A DNA stretch of 64,000 bases from Octopus bimaculoides (GCF_001194135.2 NC_068981.1:140225915-140289914); one strand, 5' to 3'. Positions 37,761-51,179 are shown, counted from the first letter of the stretch. Notes: generated from the letters alone by a model not told the origin. Translations and numbers: made by a program.

Positions 37761-38747
37761 GTTTAGTCTTAACTGGACTTTTGTATGAGGGAAAAATAAA
37801 CAAGTAATTTTGTTAAGCAATCACCCGAACGGGACATCAGAAGAACGAATTAAACGAATGGCCGATTAAGGGAACCAGCCGACTTAAACGCTAGAGTATT
37901 GTCAGTGGAAAACAAATTACCAATACATTAGATAAAAAATGACGTCTACAGACAGTCATGCGACCAATACACAACTATCTGGCACTGACGAGTAAGTACA
38001 AGTGGGAAATGTGAGTAACCAAGCAGGACGTGAACATATATCTTAAAAGCTACAAATATAAGACAATATCACCTTGATAATTGCTCTCAAGTACCACTCT
38101 TGAAAGAGAATCTTTGAATAATCGACAGAGCTCATAAAAAGTCATTTTCATATCCTTTAAAATCTACATCATATCTCATTTTTTTTTACCTTATTGGACT
38201 TTCAAACTAATATTATGATGAAATTTATCGAAGATCAGAACTTACAAAACTACTTATTGATCTAATACTTTTGAACACTTGAGTTATCATTATGTAGAAT
38301 ATTTTATTTTCGAGTAGGTGTTAACGTTATGAACCTTTTTCTTGAAATATGTTTCATTTAAATGACAAATATAAAAAAATAGAAACAAAAAAATTTGAAA
38401 TAGGTATCACAATCATAAATTTAAATAAGGTATAAAATGTACAGTTCGTTTTAAGACCTGGGGCATTTCCTGCCTGTGGGATACATGCATACACACATAT
38501 CTATAAACACATATATACATTCTAAGGTCGCACTACAACTTCTGGATCTTTTCCTTTTGGCTGTCACATAGAAAAAATAATTTAAAACAATATTTACTGT
38601 TGGCGTTTTTAAAAAACTTCATTATTTTCGAAGTTATTTCGTGTTAAAGTTGTCGTATTTCCGTAATTTCAACCAATCAAATACGTCTATTGAGGTGAAA
38701 ACAATTACTGCTGTGGTTTGTGAACAAGACGTTCTGGTGGTGTAATG

Positions 38748-38960
38748 GGAGATGGTTCAGTGTTTAGAGCGTCAGGCTCACGATCATGAGGTAATGAGTT
38801 CGATTCCCGCACCGTGATGTGTATTTTTTCTTGAGCAGGACGCATTATTTCACGTTGTTCCAGTTCATTCAGCTGCATCGACTTATGCCTTTCCTTTGGA
38901 TAACATCAGTAGCGTGGAGAGGGTAAGCTGGTACGCATGTGTAAGTACTGGTCTTCCTTA
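38748..38960 (+). mobile_element. tRNA-derived SINE, family C
   Basis: GGAGATGGTTCAGTGTTTAGAGC (A box), GAGTTCGATTCCC (B box), CTTGAGCAGGACGCATTATTTCACGTTGTTCCAGTTCATTCAGCTG; the same block occurs reversed at 53770-53884. Confidence 0.8.
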
Positions 38961-39025
38961 TTTATGTGTGCGTATACACACACACACGCACACACACACA
39001 CATATTCATATATANNNNNNNNNNT

Positions 39026-39120
39026 GCTTCCCAACCAAACGGTTCCGGGTTCAGTCCCACTGCATGCCACCTTAGCAAGTATCTTCTACTATAGCCTCGG
39101 GTGAACGAAATCCTTGTTAG
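39026..39120 (+). mobile_element. SINE family B head fragment
   Basis: TGCTTCCCAACCAAACGGTTCCGGGTTCAGTCCCACTGCATGCCACCTTAGCAAGTATCTTCTACTATAGCCTCGGG. Confidence 0.85.
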
Positions 39121-41351
39121 TGCTGTTATTTGCTGTAATATGCATTTTTGCTCTCTTGCTTAAATGTTCGAATTCTTTAATCTAGTTATTGCTTCACATA
39201 ATATATTTAGTTATAAGTTATATTTCATTAAATAGCTCTTGCGATGATTCACGATATTTTAATTTGAGATAACGTTGCACTGAAGTCAATCATTGTAAAT
39301 AACTCCTCTTTATTTTTTATTCACTGGTCATGTATAATTCACATATCTGGAAACGAAATAGTGAAATTAATATTTCTTTCGTTATTTACAAATAAGTATG
39401 AAAAAACACTTGATACAACATAAAATATTTTCGGTTCTATTCCATCATATATCCAACAAGTCTGTTCGTTTACAGACTTGTTTATTCAACTTTATTTAAG
39501 AATTATACACATCAATGGCCGGAATGTAATTTTTGATATCAGATTACATTGAACTCAGTAACAAAACGATAAATATCTATAAACCGTAACTAAATTTTAA
39601 TAGCGAATTATTTGTTAATCTCCTACAAATTACACCATTTAAAATTTAAATCAGCATTAGTTCATGTTATTTCCGTAGGTAGATAAGATGACGCAATATG
39701 GATTTTAAATAACTTCATCTTGTTAAGTAATTTATAATCCATTTTACCCGCTCTTATCTTTCTAAGCAGCAAAGATGAAGTAATATTATAAATAAATTAC
39801 ATTCAAATAAATGAAATAAATTTAAGGGTTGTCAACGATAATATATCTTTTCTTAGTGCTTATATTTACGTTTTCAGCAATTGCAAACGGATCACATGTC
39901 ACAGAATTCTATGTCATAAAACACTGCACTGTTACAAAATTAGTAACACACGAAGATGTCCTTATATATTATATAATGTTAACGATTCTCCAAATGTGAT
40001 CAAATTTGAAATTGAAAATAGGCTCGAGATTATTTAGCTGTAATTTGATTTGTTGCACATGACCTTATTACTTCAGCACCTAAGTTTAAAAGTTCTTCTA
40101 AAATATTAAATTAGTAACTCCTTCAATAATTATATTTAACAGTAACAGCGTCGTAGTGGCAGCTGGAAGCATATTTTGTAGGAATTGCTATTGTAACGGT
40201 TAGAATGAAATTCCAGAACAATCGGATCAGGAAGACTGCATCAAAAATATTAGAAAAAGGAAGTAAAATAGTATATTTAGAACATTTCCGCTGTATGGCA
40301 TGAATATAAAATGATCAGTTTTTAACAAATTGTAGAAAGAAGTTGAGAATGCAAGTAATTCTATCCTTAGCGATTCTATTATTTGCAAGGATAGCCAGAA
40401 GCTATTTCATGGCATATGAATCACTAGAAATTATCAGATTTTAAGAGCGGAAAATATGTTTAAGTGTATTGGATTTTAGTCAGTCACATATTAAATTGTC
40501 AGAAGCCTGGTGCCTACACATTTTGGGCAAATGTAATACATTTATTTCTTGAACAAGTAATGAATAGTTATATACCAGAGAAGTTTGTACAAAAAAATAT
40601 ATAACCTTTAAAATAACTGGCATTAAGGTAATATTTCAGACACTGCTAACCTTTCAAGTATTGGGAAAATCATTTGAATATATTAGATTTCACATTCAAC
40701 TAAATCCGTGGGTGATTCTCGTACCGCTTAATGTATGATGTGCACGCTGATTAAAAAAAAAAAAAAAGAAATCCTCATAATTTCAGGATTTCCTTTTGAG
40801 TTGAAGAAACAGACTATATTTGTTTTTGCCTTCTACATGTGCATAGTATTTTAAGCTGGTAATATTCTAGTCATACGACGATTTGAGTTTAGTTTGTTTT
40901 ACAACAGTAATCCGTATCACCTTACAATAGGTTTGCTCGTATGAAATTCATTTCATGGTCTTTCATATTAGGAAGGAACGTTTGCATGCTAACTCTTCTT
41001 AATTTGTAAGAGATCCAATATCGTATGGACTAAACAACTAAAAGAGAAACCACTCATATTCATAATAAGCATAAAATAGAAGGCAATATAAAAACGGTTT
41101 ATATATCTTTATATATCATACGTATTATATTTATATTTTATCTCTGGATTGCTAATATGAATTTGAAGCAAAATTATGTATTCATTTAAAAGAAACGAGA
41201 GAGATGAAATGAACAAAGAACACGCAATATAAATATTCAAATGCAACATGGCATTAACCCTTTTACTGTTTCAGGTAAACTTACGTGGCCTTGCAATGTA
41301 ATTAATTCAATGAAAAATTCTAATGCACTGTTTTGATGATATCTACTTCAG

Positions 41352-41416
41352 CTATTGCCAAAAAAAACTATAAGCTTAGAAAATATTTAAATTCATCGTC
41401 ATTTGATCACTTGCAA
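41352..41416 (+). CDS. Speculative internal exon (phase 1 to 0; IAKKNYKLRKYLNSSSFDHLQ)
   Basis: CTAAT branch-like motif, acceptor ATCTACTTCAG, donor CAA|GTAAGT, one open frame. Confidence 0.15.
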
Positions 41417-42504
41417 GTAAGTCCATAGAGTATTGCTTAAAATATCAAATGATTCTGCTACATGAGTATCAAATAAATAATATATATGTGTGTATGTATG
41501 CGTATAAATATATACAAAAACACACACATATTACTATATTTATCTCTTTTAATATATACATACAGGCATACACACATATGTATGGTTACCTGTTTCGTTT
41601 CGCTACGTAATTCATGGAGAACTTTTGAAGAAACATCTTATAAAATAAGATTGTAAGCCCCAATTCCGATCAGTTGCTTGGTTAATTATCATAGCTTTAT
41701 TACTCCCCTTGGAAACTAGAGATACAAAAAGGAAACAAAAAGAAAGCGTTGACTGTTCTACTGTGGGTATCAATCATGATGCCCGTGCATAGTTATGCAA
41801 TCTGAAACGAGAAGTTAACAGTATTGGAAGACATTATGAGATGATATAGTTTAGGTATATGCAGTTTCTCCCAATTAAGACAAATGCAGATATGCAAAGT
41901 ATACGATGCTGACTCCGGGATGTGTAGATAGTCATTAAATATCAGATGGTAAGCTAGAGGAAACAAATGATGCGTGTACGAAAACCAGGGCTGGATATCA
42001 TACTTTTGCTTTTCTACGAAAGTCTCTCTTTGATGTATAAAAAAAATGTAAACATTTTAATCTTTACCAGTGAATTGGATGTTCTCAATTGAAAGCCTGC
42101 AAAATGTTCTTTCTGCATCTCTGAGCTGCAACAACAAAAGATATTTATGTAGGAGTATTTAGCAGTAAGTATATTTAGTTTATAAATTACGCCTATAAGA
42201 CTCGTAATAATTCAATGACTTTACATTATTAGTAGTGTCACTATTAAACCAATGATCTGAGATTATTGGTACTGTATGTCACAAGGGTCTATTACAGCCA
42301 AATAAACTGACAAAACCAAAATATGTGATACTATTGTGGAGTGATTCCACCGAAAGTGTGGGTTGCGGATACACTCTATATTTCAAGAATGCTTTATTGT
42401 TTTCATAAGAATCTTATCATTAGTATAGCCTTAGTTCCAATTGAATAATGACCCATGACTAAAATTATTTGATTAATGTTAATCAAACATGGATCTACCA
42501 ACTG

Positions 42505-42564
<60 letters not shown>

Positions 42565-43131
42565 GCCAATTTATTTGCAGAAACATATTCATAATGCGTT
42601 ACAATCAGCAAATAGATGAATTTTCCGAAAAATGCTGTAAAGGGAATTGAATTGCATTGGTATCCAAATAGATGTGGGTATATGTGTGAAACATCAACTA
42701 ATGCTGCTGGTAATGTTATCTAAGGGAGTCTTCTGTGAAAATGTTGTTTATTTAAGGCTGTAGTTTTGTTCAATGCTTTTTCAGTCGTGGGATTTCGCTA
42801 TTTACGTGTAATTTTAACTTTGCCTTTAATTCATACAATCGTTTAAATGAAATAACTGTATGAGTATAACAAACGCGTGTGCTAGAAGTAAACAAGTAAC
42901 ACCGGCATTGATTTTAGAATATAACAGGAAAAACGAAACCATGTTAGGTCCGTGATACCCATCTAATATACAGATGTATCTTTACATTCCTTTAGTGGGA
43001 AAATGTCAGTGATTAAGCTGGAGAGGAACTGTGCAGCGAGATGTTTAAATACTTTATAGCATTAAATGCAATGCAAACTGAATATAGCTGTATAAGCGTT
43101 TTCTTAAATGCCTATCACGAATCTTTTATAG

Positions 43132-43197
43132 AATAATTGTTTCACTTTCAACACTGGATCGCAGGTCAAGTCGCTTGCCAAACAGCTACTACAAAAT
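43132..43197 (+). CDS. Speculative internal exon (66 nt; NNCFTFNTGSQVKSLAKQLLQN or IIVSLSTLDRRSSRLPNSYYK)
   Basis: Acceptor ATCTTTTATAG, donor AAT|GTAAGA, two open frames. Confidence 0.15.
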
Positions 43198-44150
43198 GTA
43201 AGAAAAAATAAATCAACAAAATAATAAGCCTGTGATCTGATGAAAATGAAAGAAATGTCTGTTTTAATTGATTTATTGCTCAAGAAATCTTTCAGAGATT
43301 CATAATTACATTTTAATTTTTTGATAATAGATTGAATTTTAAATAAATCGCAGGTGCCTTTCAGAGCACAAATCAAAGATTTTGCTATTTTGTCTACAAT
43401 GGTTCCGACCAGTAAAATGTCTTTGGTAATAGAAAGTACGTAGGATAATCATCTATGTTGCATGACAAATACGAAGAAAGAGTTAATATATCATCATACT
43501 GCAGTACTGTGTATTGTATACATAACTTATACAACATGAACACAATTATATTCAAATTTCATTATATTTCATTATAGAATAACTTCATTATTCACTGAAG
43601 TTTATATTGAAGAGACAATAAATAAATCGATAATGATTTGTTTTCCCATTAATAAAGGGAACAATGGCAAATTAATGCCAGATTGAAATTACATATTGTT
43701 CTCTGGCATATGTTGAGATATGAGAACACTAAGGAAATACACCATCAAATAGCAATATTGTATTATAGAATATATTCAGAAAGACTTAAAGGGTAGAACA
43801 TATTCGAAGAAAGGTACAAAAGAATGAAGATAACTAAACAGACGAAGTAAATGAGTAAATGAATAGTAATACTGGTGATATCAAGTACTAGAGTAATGTT
43901 CGGAATTTTCAGGTTTCACAAAGTGTAAAAATAAATTAATACAGAGTGAAATATATGAAATCTAAACCGTATACATATGATGTGAATCACCACCATAATC
44001 TTAATGTGATTAAAAAACGGTATCATTCCATGAAATGTTAGTATTTCCACACATTTGTTAATAAACAGAGGATATATGAAGAGAAAGATGAAGGGAAATG
44101 ACATATATAGATAAGTTTCTTCGCTGGAATTTGCTAATTTGCTAAGGGAA

Positions 44151-44181
<31 letters not shown>

Positions 44182-44203
44182 TGCATGTATGTATGTATGT
44201 ATG

Positions 44204-44252
<49 letters not shown>

Positions 44253-44551
44253 NNNNNNNNNNNNNNNNNNNNNNNNNNNNNNNNNNNNNNNNNNNNNNNN
44301 NNNNNNNNNNNNNNNNNNNNNNNNNNNNNNNNNNNNNNNNNNNNNNNNNNNNNNNNNNNNNNNNNNNNNNNNNNNNNNNNNNNNNNNNNNNNNNNNNNNN
44401 NNNNNNNNNNNNNNNNNNNNNNNNNNNNNNNNNNNNNNNNNNNNNNNNNNNNNNNNNNNNNNNNNNNNNNNNATTCTACGCAAGATACACAATACTTGTA
44501 ATTACACTCGATAATACGCAACTCTCGGCTTTGCACAGCTCAATGACTCTC

Positions 44552-45849
44552 CTTTTCTTTATTGTGGCACTGTGGCCATTCACACAAAGGGGACAGCACA
44601 AAGACAGACAGAACACCACATTTGAGCCCCACAGTCAAGCAGTACCATTTACGGTTAATTTATACAATTTCTTGAAAGTTTTCTTTTTAGTTTATTTTGT
44701 ATCTTTTTTCCTCTATTTTTCTTTTTTTTCCATTTTTAAAATGTCTATTTTCTCTTTTGTCCCTTTTTTAAAGACTCCCCTATTACCATTCACTAAGGGT
44801 ATTAATTCCTCGTATTTAACTACTTTTGGTAGTCTCTCAAATTCAATCTTTTCCCTCAAAGGGTTCACATCATCTTCAAATTATTCTTTCAACCTTTTAT
44901 ACCTTTTCTTGTCAATCGCCACTCCCCTGATGTGTTCCGAGTAACCGTCTGCTGGCAATTTAATTCTTATGGCACCTTTGAATTTCGCTATTTTCCTCTC
45001 AATGATGATGCTTTTCACATATGTGACCACATGCCACTTTTTCTTATTCGCATTTACTTGCTTATGCTCCGGACCTGGGCCATCCGGATTAGTCATTTCC
45101 CTTGGTTCCTCCGTCTGTACATAAAAACAATCGTCCACAATTACGTCTTCCACCCTATATCTGACCAGTTCCTCGGTACTTCTTTCGTTCTAGTTACTTT
45201 TAAGATCTTTGCATGCATCTTCCTCCATTCCGTGCATGACTGCTGCCACCAGCCATGCCTCTTCGATCTTGAAGGGTACTCTGCGGGCTCTCATTCTGGC
45301 AACATGTTTGCCGCAGTACGTCGGCAGCAACACCCATTCTTGTGTCCCTATCGGCTCATTGGAGTGGTTCATAGCGTCCTCCTCGTTGAAGAACCTAACT
45401 TACACAAGGCCGAATTTCCTTCCAGAAGGTGGTTAGTCTTTTCACGTCACCTAGACATTCCTTAAATGCCTCTACTGGGGCAATATCTATTTATTTTTGG
45501 TAGTGGTGGATAACATCCTGTACACAACCGTTTTCTTTGCTACACTCTTCGTCACTTCTGGTGGATTCAGCTTTAAACTGGACCCTTTCTTTTGTAACAA
45601 ATAATTTCCTTCTTTCCATTTCTTTGTCTCTATTTTTATATCGGAAACTTCAAGTTTGGTCGTCGTAATAACTGGTCTAGTTGCAGTTGAATAACTTGCG
45701 ACACGTTCCATTTCACCTCTTTTCACCACTTCGCCCATAAATGGGGAAGAAACTACTTCAAAAACAGGCAAAACAGCGGCAGAAATTAAACAATTTCACA
45801 ATTTCAACAATTTCACGATTTAACGAAACTTGGTTTACCCGTGCGGGGA
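44552..45849 (-). mobile_element. ORF1-only LINE-like retroelement (degenerate L1/Tx1-type ORF1, HAL1-like architecture)
   Basis: ATG at 45711 (MERVASYSTATRPVITTTKLEV...). Colinear coding remnants with stops/frameshifts include GKKFGLVxVRFFNEEDA and VLLPTYCGKHVARMRARRVPFKIEEAWLVAAV (RRM-like) and a Lys-rich C-terminus, then a ~100-nt 3' UTR with AATAAA at 44563-44558 and a short A-rich tail. No ORF2 motifs. Confidence 0.55.
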
Positions 45850-45929
45850 AACCTACTACAAATATATAAATACCAGGGTGTTACAATTTAACTCATGTTT
45901 AAAGAAACCAAAACCGACACCATCTGAAT

Positions 45930-46220
45930 CTCCACTGTATAATACCTACCCTTGCACATACATGTTAAGGTACTACTTCACCTACACTGTATATATATTG
46001 GTCAGTCTAAACGAAGATTGTCAGATCAAATCACCTCAAAACTGGGACGTTCGTCTCAGTAATGACATTCCCGTTGCATGCCTTTTACACTTTGCACTTC
46101 TCTTCACCGGACGACATACCGTTCCATCTAGACGTACACAGTGATTAGTAGTCTCATGGACTGCAAGTGGAAGAATAACTTATTTAAAATATTCAAACAT
46201 TCACTTATCACGGATCGAGC
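45930..46220 (+). mobile_element. Degenerate PLE GIY-YIG endonuclease fragment (different family from 32.5/57 kb)
   Basis: HCIYIGQSKRRLSDQ followed after a frameshift by DVRLSNDIPVAC, resembling YIGETxRRLxDR...EH...PVAxHF. Confidence 0.55.
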
Positions 46221-46760
46221 CACTAGCCACTTTTATCTAAAACGCCTATCATCACATCACATACGCATGGCATAATCATATGCATCTATATCCTTTTCCC
46301 AATGCAACCAAATATATATACAAGAGAATACATCATTTGCATGTTTATACCGTTTTCAACCAAGCTTATATACGCAACATCACCATGCACACAATAAAAT
46401 ACTCGTACGTATATCATTACAGCATGCTCATATATATACTCACATAACATGACATTCATCCACGATCTTTCATTGCATCTGCATTCATATTAGATACGTG
46501 CATAAAATCATACATACGACACACATCCATAATTCCAAACCTCAGACAAAGTAAGCCGCAACAAAGGGAAAACAATTTAAACACGTACAACAATAGAATG
46601 CACGTACGTTTATACACAACATCAAACCTCCCACATTTTAATCACAGCTAACTCACATTCTCACGCACATTCATACGCACATTTACAAACAATCATACAT
46701 GCACCCACACTCACGCTTCAGAATAACGCATCAATACGTCGTAATACTAATACTATCCCC

Positions 46761-47260
46761 ACGAAGCACACATGAACATTGAACACCCATTCCTACTAGT
46801 CCCTTTATACAATGTTCAGCTTTCGCACATGATCAATAGTCCATTTATAGTAGGTCCACCGTTCACACATGAACAGTATTCCCTTTATAGTATGTTCACC
46901 TTTCTCACATGCACAGTAGTCCCTTTATGGCATGTTAGCCGTTTGCACATGAACACTACTCTCTTTATAGTATGTTCACCGCTCACATAAGAACACTAAT
47001 CCCTTTATAGTATGCTCACCGTTTGCACATGACCACTAGTCCATTCACAGTATATTCACTGTTCGCACATGGACACTAGATACTTAATAGTATGTTCACC
47101 GTACGCACATGAACACTAGTCCCTTTAGAGTATGTTCACTGTCCGCACATGGACACTAGTCTCTCTATATTATGTTTACTATTCGCACATGAACACTAGT
47201 ACCGAAGCACACATGAATACCCATAACTACTAGTTCTTTTATAGTATGTTCACTGTTCAT
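46761..47260. repeat. 40-bp minisatellite, about 11-12 units, consensus GCACATGAACACTAGTCCCTTTATAGTATGTTCACCGTTC
   Basis: Unit starts at 46825, 46865, 46905, 46945, ~46985, 47025, 47065, 47105, 47145, 47185; leader CGAAGCACACATGAA..ACCCAT..CTACTAGT at 46762 and 47203. Confidence 0.95.
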
Positions 47261-47609
47261 ACGTTGACAGGAACACAGAGGTCGACTATAAAAGTACACG
47301 GACACTACACCTACATTCATAGTACAAGCACACATACTTTCACAAAAATACACATAACACGGACATAAAAATATAAAGGGGCCTATGTATATATAATTCA
47401 AAACAGTTTCAGCCACCATTACATTTGTACGTATGAAACCTCATTCCTTCTGTCACTTCGTGGCATTCGAGTCGCTCAGCAAATCAATTCGCATTTCCTT
47501 GTCGTGGGAATGTTAAAAGTTCTTCCACATTTTAAATCACACTTTGAGTAGCAAACTAATAATTTACAGTTTGATTTCTCCCACTTTCATTCTCACATTT
47601 CTCTCCTTA

Positions 47610-47850
47610 CACACGCACGCACGCACACACACACACACACACAAGGACACACACACACAAGCACACACAGGGAGACATACACACACATACTTCAGCACAC
47701 ACACGCGCACACACGTACACACACGCATGCACACACAAACACTTACACACACGCGGACACACGCACACACAAGCATGGACACACACACACTCACACCACA
47801 CACAAACACTTAAACACACGCGGACACACGCACACTCACACCACACACTC
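47610..47850. repeat. (CA)n-derived low-complexity block
   Basis: Direct reading. Confidence 0.9.
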
Positions 47851-47984
47851 GCTTATAGAGAAAGGCTGATGGAAGAGATTTGTGTATTAGTATACTGTAT
47901 ACATCAACACGCGGATCTCTATTAGTTTACGTGTTCACCGTTTCTCGAATCATTTTTCTCGAATCACATCCGCATTACGTAAAA

Positions 47985-48360
47985 TAGGAAAAGACGATTA
48001 TTGGCTAACGTTGTTTGGGCTGCATTTTCTACGAAAAGTGACCTTGTGATCTTGGGAGGTAAGCTTTTAATCATATATTGAATATATTTAGTTGAGGCTG
48101 TAATAATTTGATCCTGTAGTTAATCATGACATTCAAAGTGTGATAATTCTTGTCAGAGTATTATTCCCGATCATATCTTCCGTTGTAGTCACTTTTATGG
48201 TAACAAAATAGAGCTTGGATGCAATTTGGTTATTTACTTTAGAATGGCGAAGACTCAAGTACAAGCTTCTAGATTGGCTCGACTGCAGGATTAAATATGC
48301 ATTTCCGATATGTGTGAAAACACTACAGTATTTGGGAAGTGCTATTCACGAAATTATTAC
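47985..48360 (+). mobile_element. Possible Tc1 transposase remnant
   Basis: ANVVWAAFSTKSDLVILG resembles the Tc1 SVMVWAAFS..LVIL motif; WRRLKYKLLDWLDC resembles WF...KLLDWPA(C/Q)SPD. Confidence 0.4.
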
Positions 48361-48770
48361 ACCCGTGCATTCATTCGATTATGCGTTCTTTATGTATAAA
48401 AATATCCATTTATCGAAAGGGTTATTTTATCTGTATGATTCAGTAAGGTGCAGCTTCATCTTTCATGGTACTTATGTAGATACAAATCAATATTAATAGC
48501 TACAGTTGTGAAAAATACATCGTGAATGAAACATAGTTTGTCTATAGGCCGAAATGATTGGTCGTGGCTGATCTTTCGACCAAAGTTGGGCTTCAGTTAA
48601 CAAAGTCAAGACATGCGCGTCTTATTTGTAATTTGATTCGAATCATCTACCTCGATGTACCGCAATGTGGCTTTTCCTAAGATGACAGTGTTTAGGAGGA
48701 TTGTTAGCATGAAGAATGACAACATTGAAGTCCTATCCTCCTCCTTTTATTCTACTCTGTAACAATTATG

Positions 48771-48815
<45 letters not shown>

Positions 48816-49257
48816 CACACGCACACACACACACATACACACACACATACACACACACACAGAGGTCTGTAATTCCTTCTTAATGGTCAAAGGCCTTGTC
48901 TCTTATAAATAAATGCTTATTGGTCATTATTTAAGTTTAAACTCCAGACGCCAGACATTTCCACGCAGCAAATGGTATACTTACATAAATACAAATTAAT
49001 CTACCTTTTAAATTGTAGTAACTAAGACAACGATTTCCCGGTAATGTAATATAACTGTTCTATGTGGCATGGCTGAAACTATAGCTACATTAAAGCCTGA
49101 CAACTAGATTTATGAGGATTTCTAAATAAGTTCCGAATTAATTTAGTACAATAATATCGAGTGAAAATGACAGATTTCAACGATAAATGTCACTAATCTG
49201 AAATGAAGGAAAATTTCTGTATTTACGTATTAGAAAGATGCGCAGTTGCGTGCAGGT

Positions 49258-49296
<39 letters not shown>

Positions 49297-49479
49297 NNNN
49301 NNNNNNNNNNNNNNNNNNNNNNNNNNNNNNNNNNNNNNNNNNNNNNNNNNNNNNNNNNNNNNNNNNNNNNNNNNNNNNNNNNNNNNNNNNNNNNNNNNNN
49401 NNNNNNNNNNNNNNNNNNNNNNNNNNNNNNNNNNNNNNNNNNNNNNNNNNNNNNNNNNNNNNNNNNNNNNNNNNNNNNN

Positions 49480-49522
<43 letters not shown>

Positions 49523-51179
49523 TCACGTGGATTATATGAGCGATTGAAATTTCGTTCGTTAGCAGTAAGTTGGTTAGTGTTTCTAGCATGAATATTAATA
49601 TTAGAATAGAAAATGAATGTACCAACGCGGAGTAGAAAACCGAAAGAATAGAGCTATTTTTCTTGTTATTTATTTCATGGAATATATTGACGTAGTCGCA
49701 TTTTAATCTGAAGTAGAAAAAACAAACGTTATCTTGCTAATATTGGTATTGGTTCCAATTTATTCGTAATTCTACACGATGTTTACCGAGGCTCTTCATC
49801 TAATTTGCTTGCATATCTAGATCACACCATTTTACATCAGGTTCGATTTGCCGCTCTGACTCCCTTAATACTATTATACAACATGAATACAATATCAATT
49901 GCTTCACCAAATATCTAACAGATTTTGCGTTAGATTAGATATCATGAATTATGTATCATGGTACTAAATTTAATTAAATGTAAGAGGCTTACTTCACGAA
50001 TAACGCTTAAGCCAATATTTGCACGAGATAGAATTTAGACTCAAAACAAATATAAAATGCTGTAGCAAGTATTAGGCTAGGAAATGTCACGGGTGATATA
50101 TGATTATTTTGGTAGTTTCATCATGTTTGGAGCTAATGTTCAGAACTTCATGAATAGAGATATTCATTTTCAAGATCAATTGAAATATCTAGCTTTTTTT
50201 TTTCGGCGTGATCACTTAGATTTATAAGAGTATTAACCTTCTCACTTCTTATTTTATTGCGCAATATCCTCTACAGCTGCCATTGTGCAACAGCGTATCA
50301 AACATTACCGTTTGCTGTACGACTAGATATTTTCATTGGAAAATAATGGAGAAAATGTTCATATAGTATTAGCTAAAATGTCAGTTGTATCTCCTTTAGT
50401 AACTTCACAAATAATGATACGTGTAAGATCGGTCTCTATAGCAATAGGCTTAAGAAACTTGAATGTAGGGTAGGCTCGGTAGCTTCCAAGCTAATGAGGA
50501 GTTCATCTAGATACAACGGGAGTGAATTGACACAGGTGATATAATTTATAAAATGCCGAAATCCGAAGGGAAATAAATGGACGACATACTCAAGCGTATG
50601 CATATGCATACACATTAGTGTGAGCATCAGAGAAAATGTCTCGATATTTTTTCAGTTGTTGATCCTCTGTGAAGCTAAAATATAAGACAGTTGAACATTA
50701 ATATCATGTTGGTGAATTGTTGCTCTGCTACACTAATAAACATAAATCTTGGGCTGCAACCAAACGGTCATTCAACTGAATGCTAAATACTCACTGACTA
50801 CAATGCAGTAACCATTCGCTCAAGGACAGACAGAATTTTCTTTTTCATCTACAGTCTCTCTCTGAAAAGAGCTCTCGCATCTACATACATTTGCAAGAGA
50901 CTATACAATCTATATATCCGTCCTTGTAAAACACCAAATACAACACAATTTGTTACAGTCCTTTTATTCCTGATTCTACATTCCACCGAGGGATAGGTGC
51001 AAGACCTTAATTTCACAACACTACCGTTTTGGATGAACATTGCAGTACCAGAAATTTTGGGATAAATACTCCCCTGTAGTAGATGAAGCAAACTCCACAA
51101 TATACATTAGATATACGCCATTCACTTCACTGGCTGGGTTCAGTTCAATCGTTTGCATCTATCTCACTATTTTTCTAGG

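Noticed and set aside
41255-41290. TTTTACTGTTTCAG|GTAAAC recursive-splice-like site
   Set aside because: A single short motif with an imperfect donor and no established host intron; compatible with chance.
46761-47260. CRISPR-like array
   Set aside because: Units are directly adjacent with no unique spacers, there are no cas genes, and the context is eukaryotic.
48039-48064. Exon candidate ending GAG|GTAAGC
   Set aside because: The open frame is better explained as a Tc1 transposase remnant.
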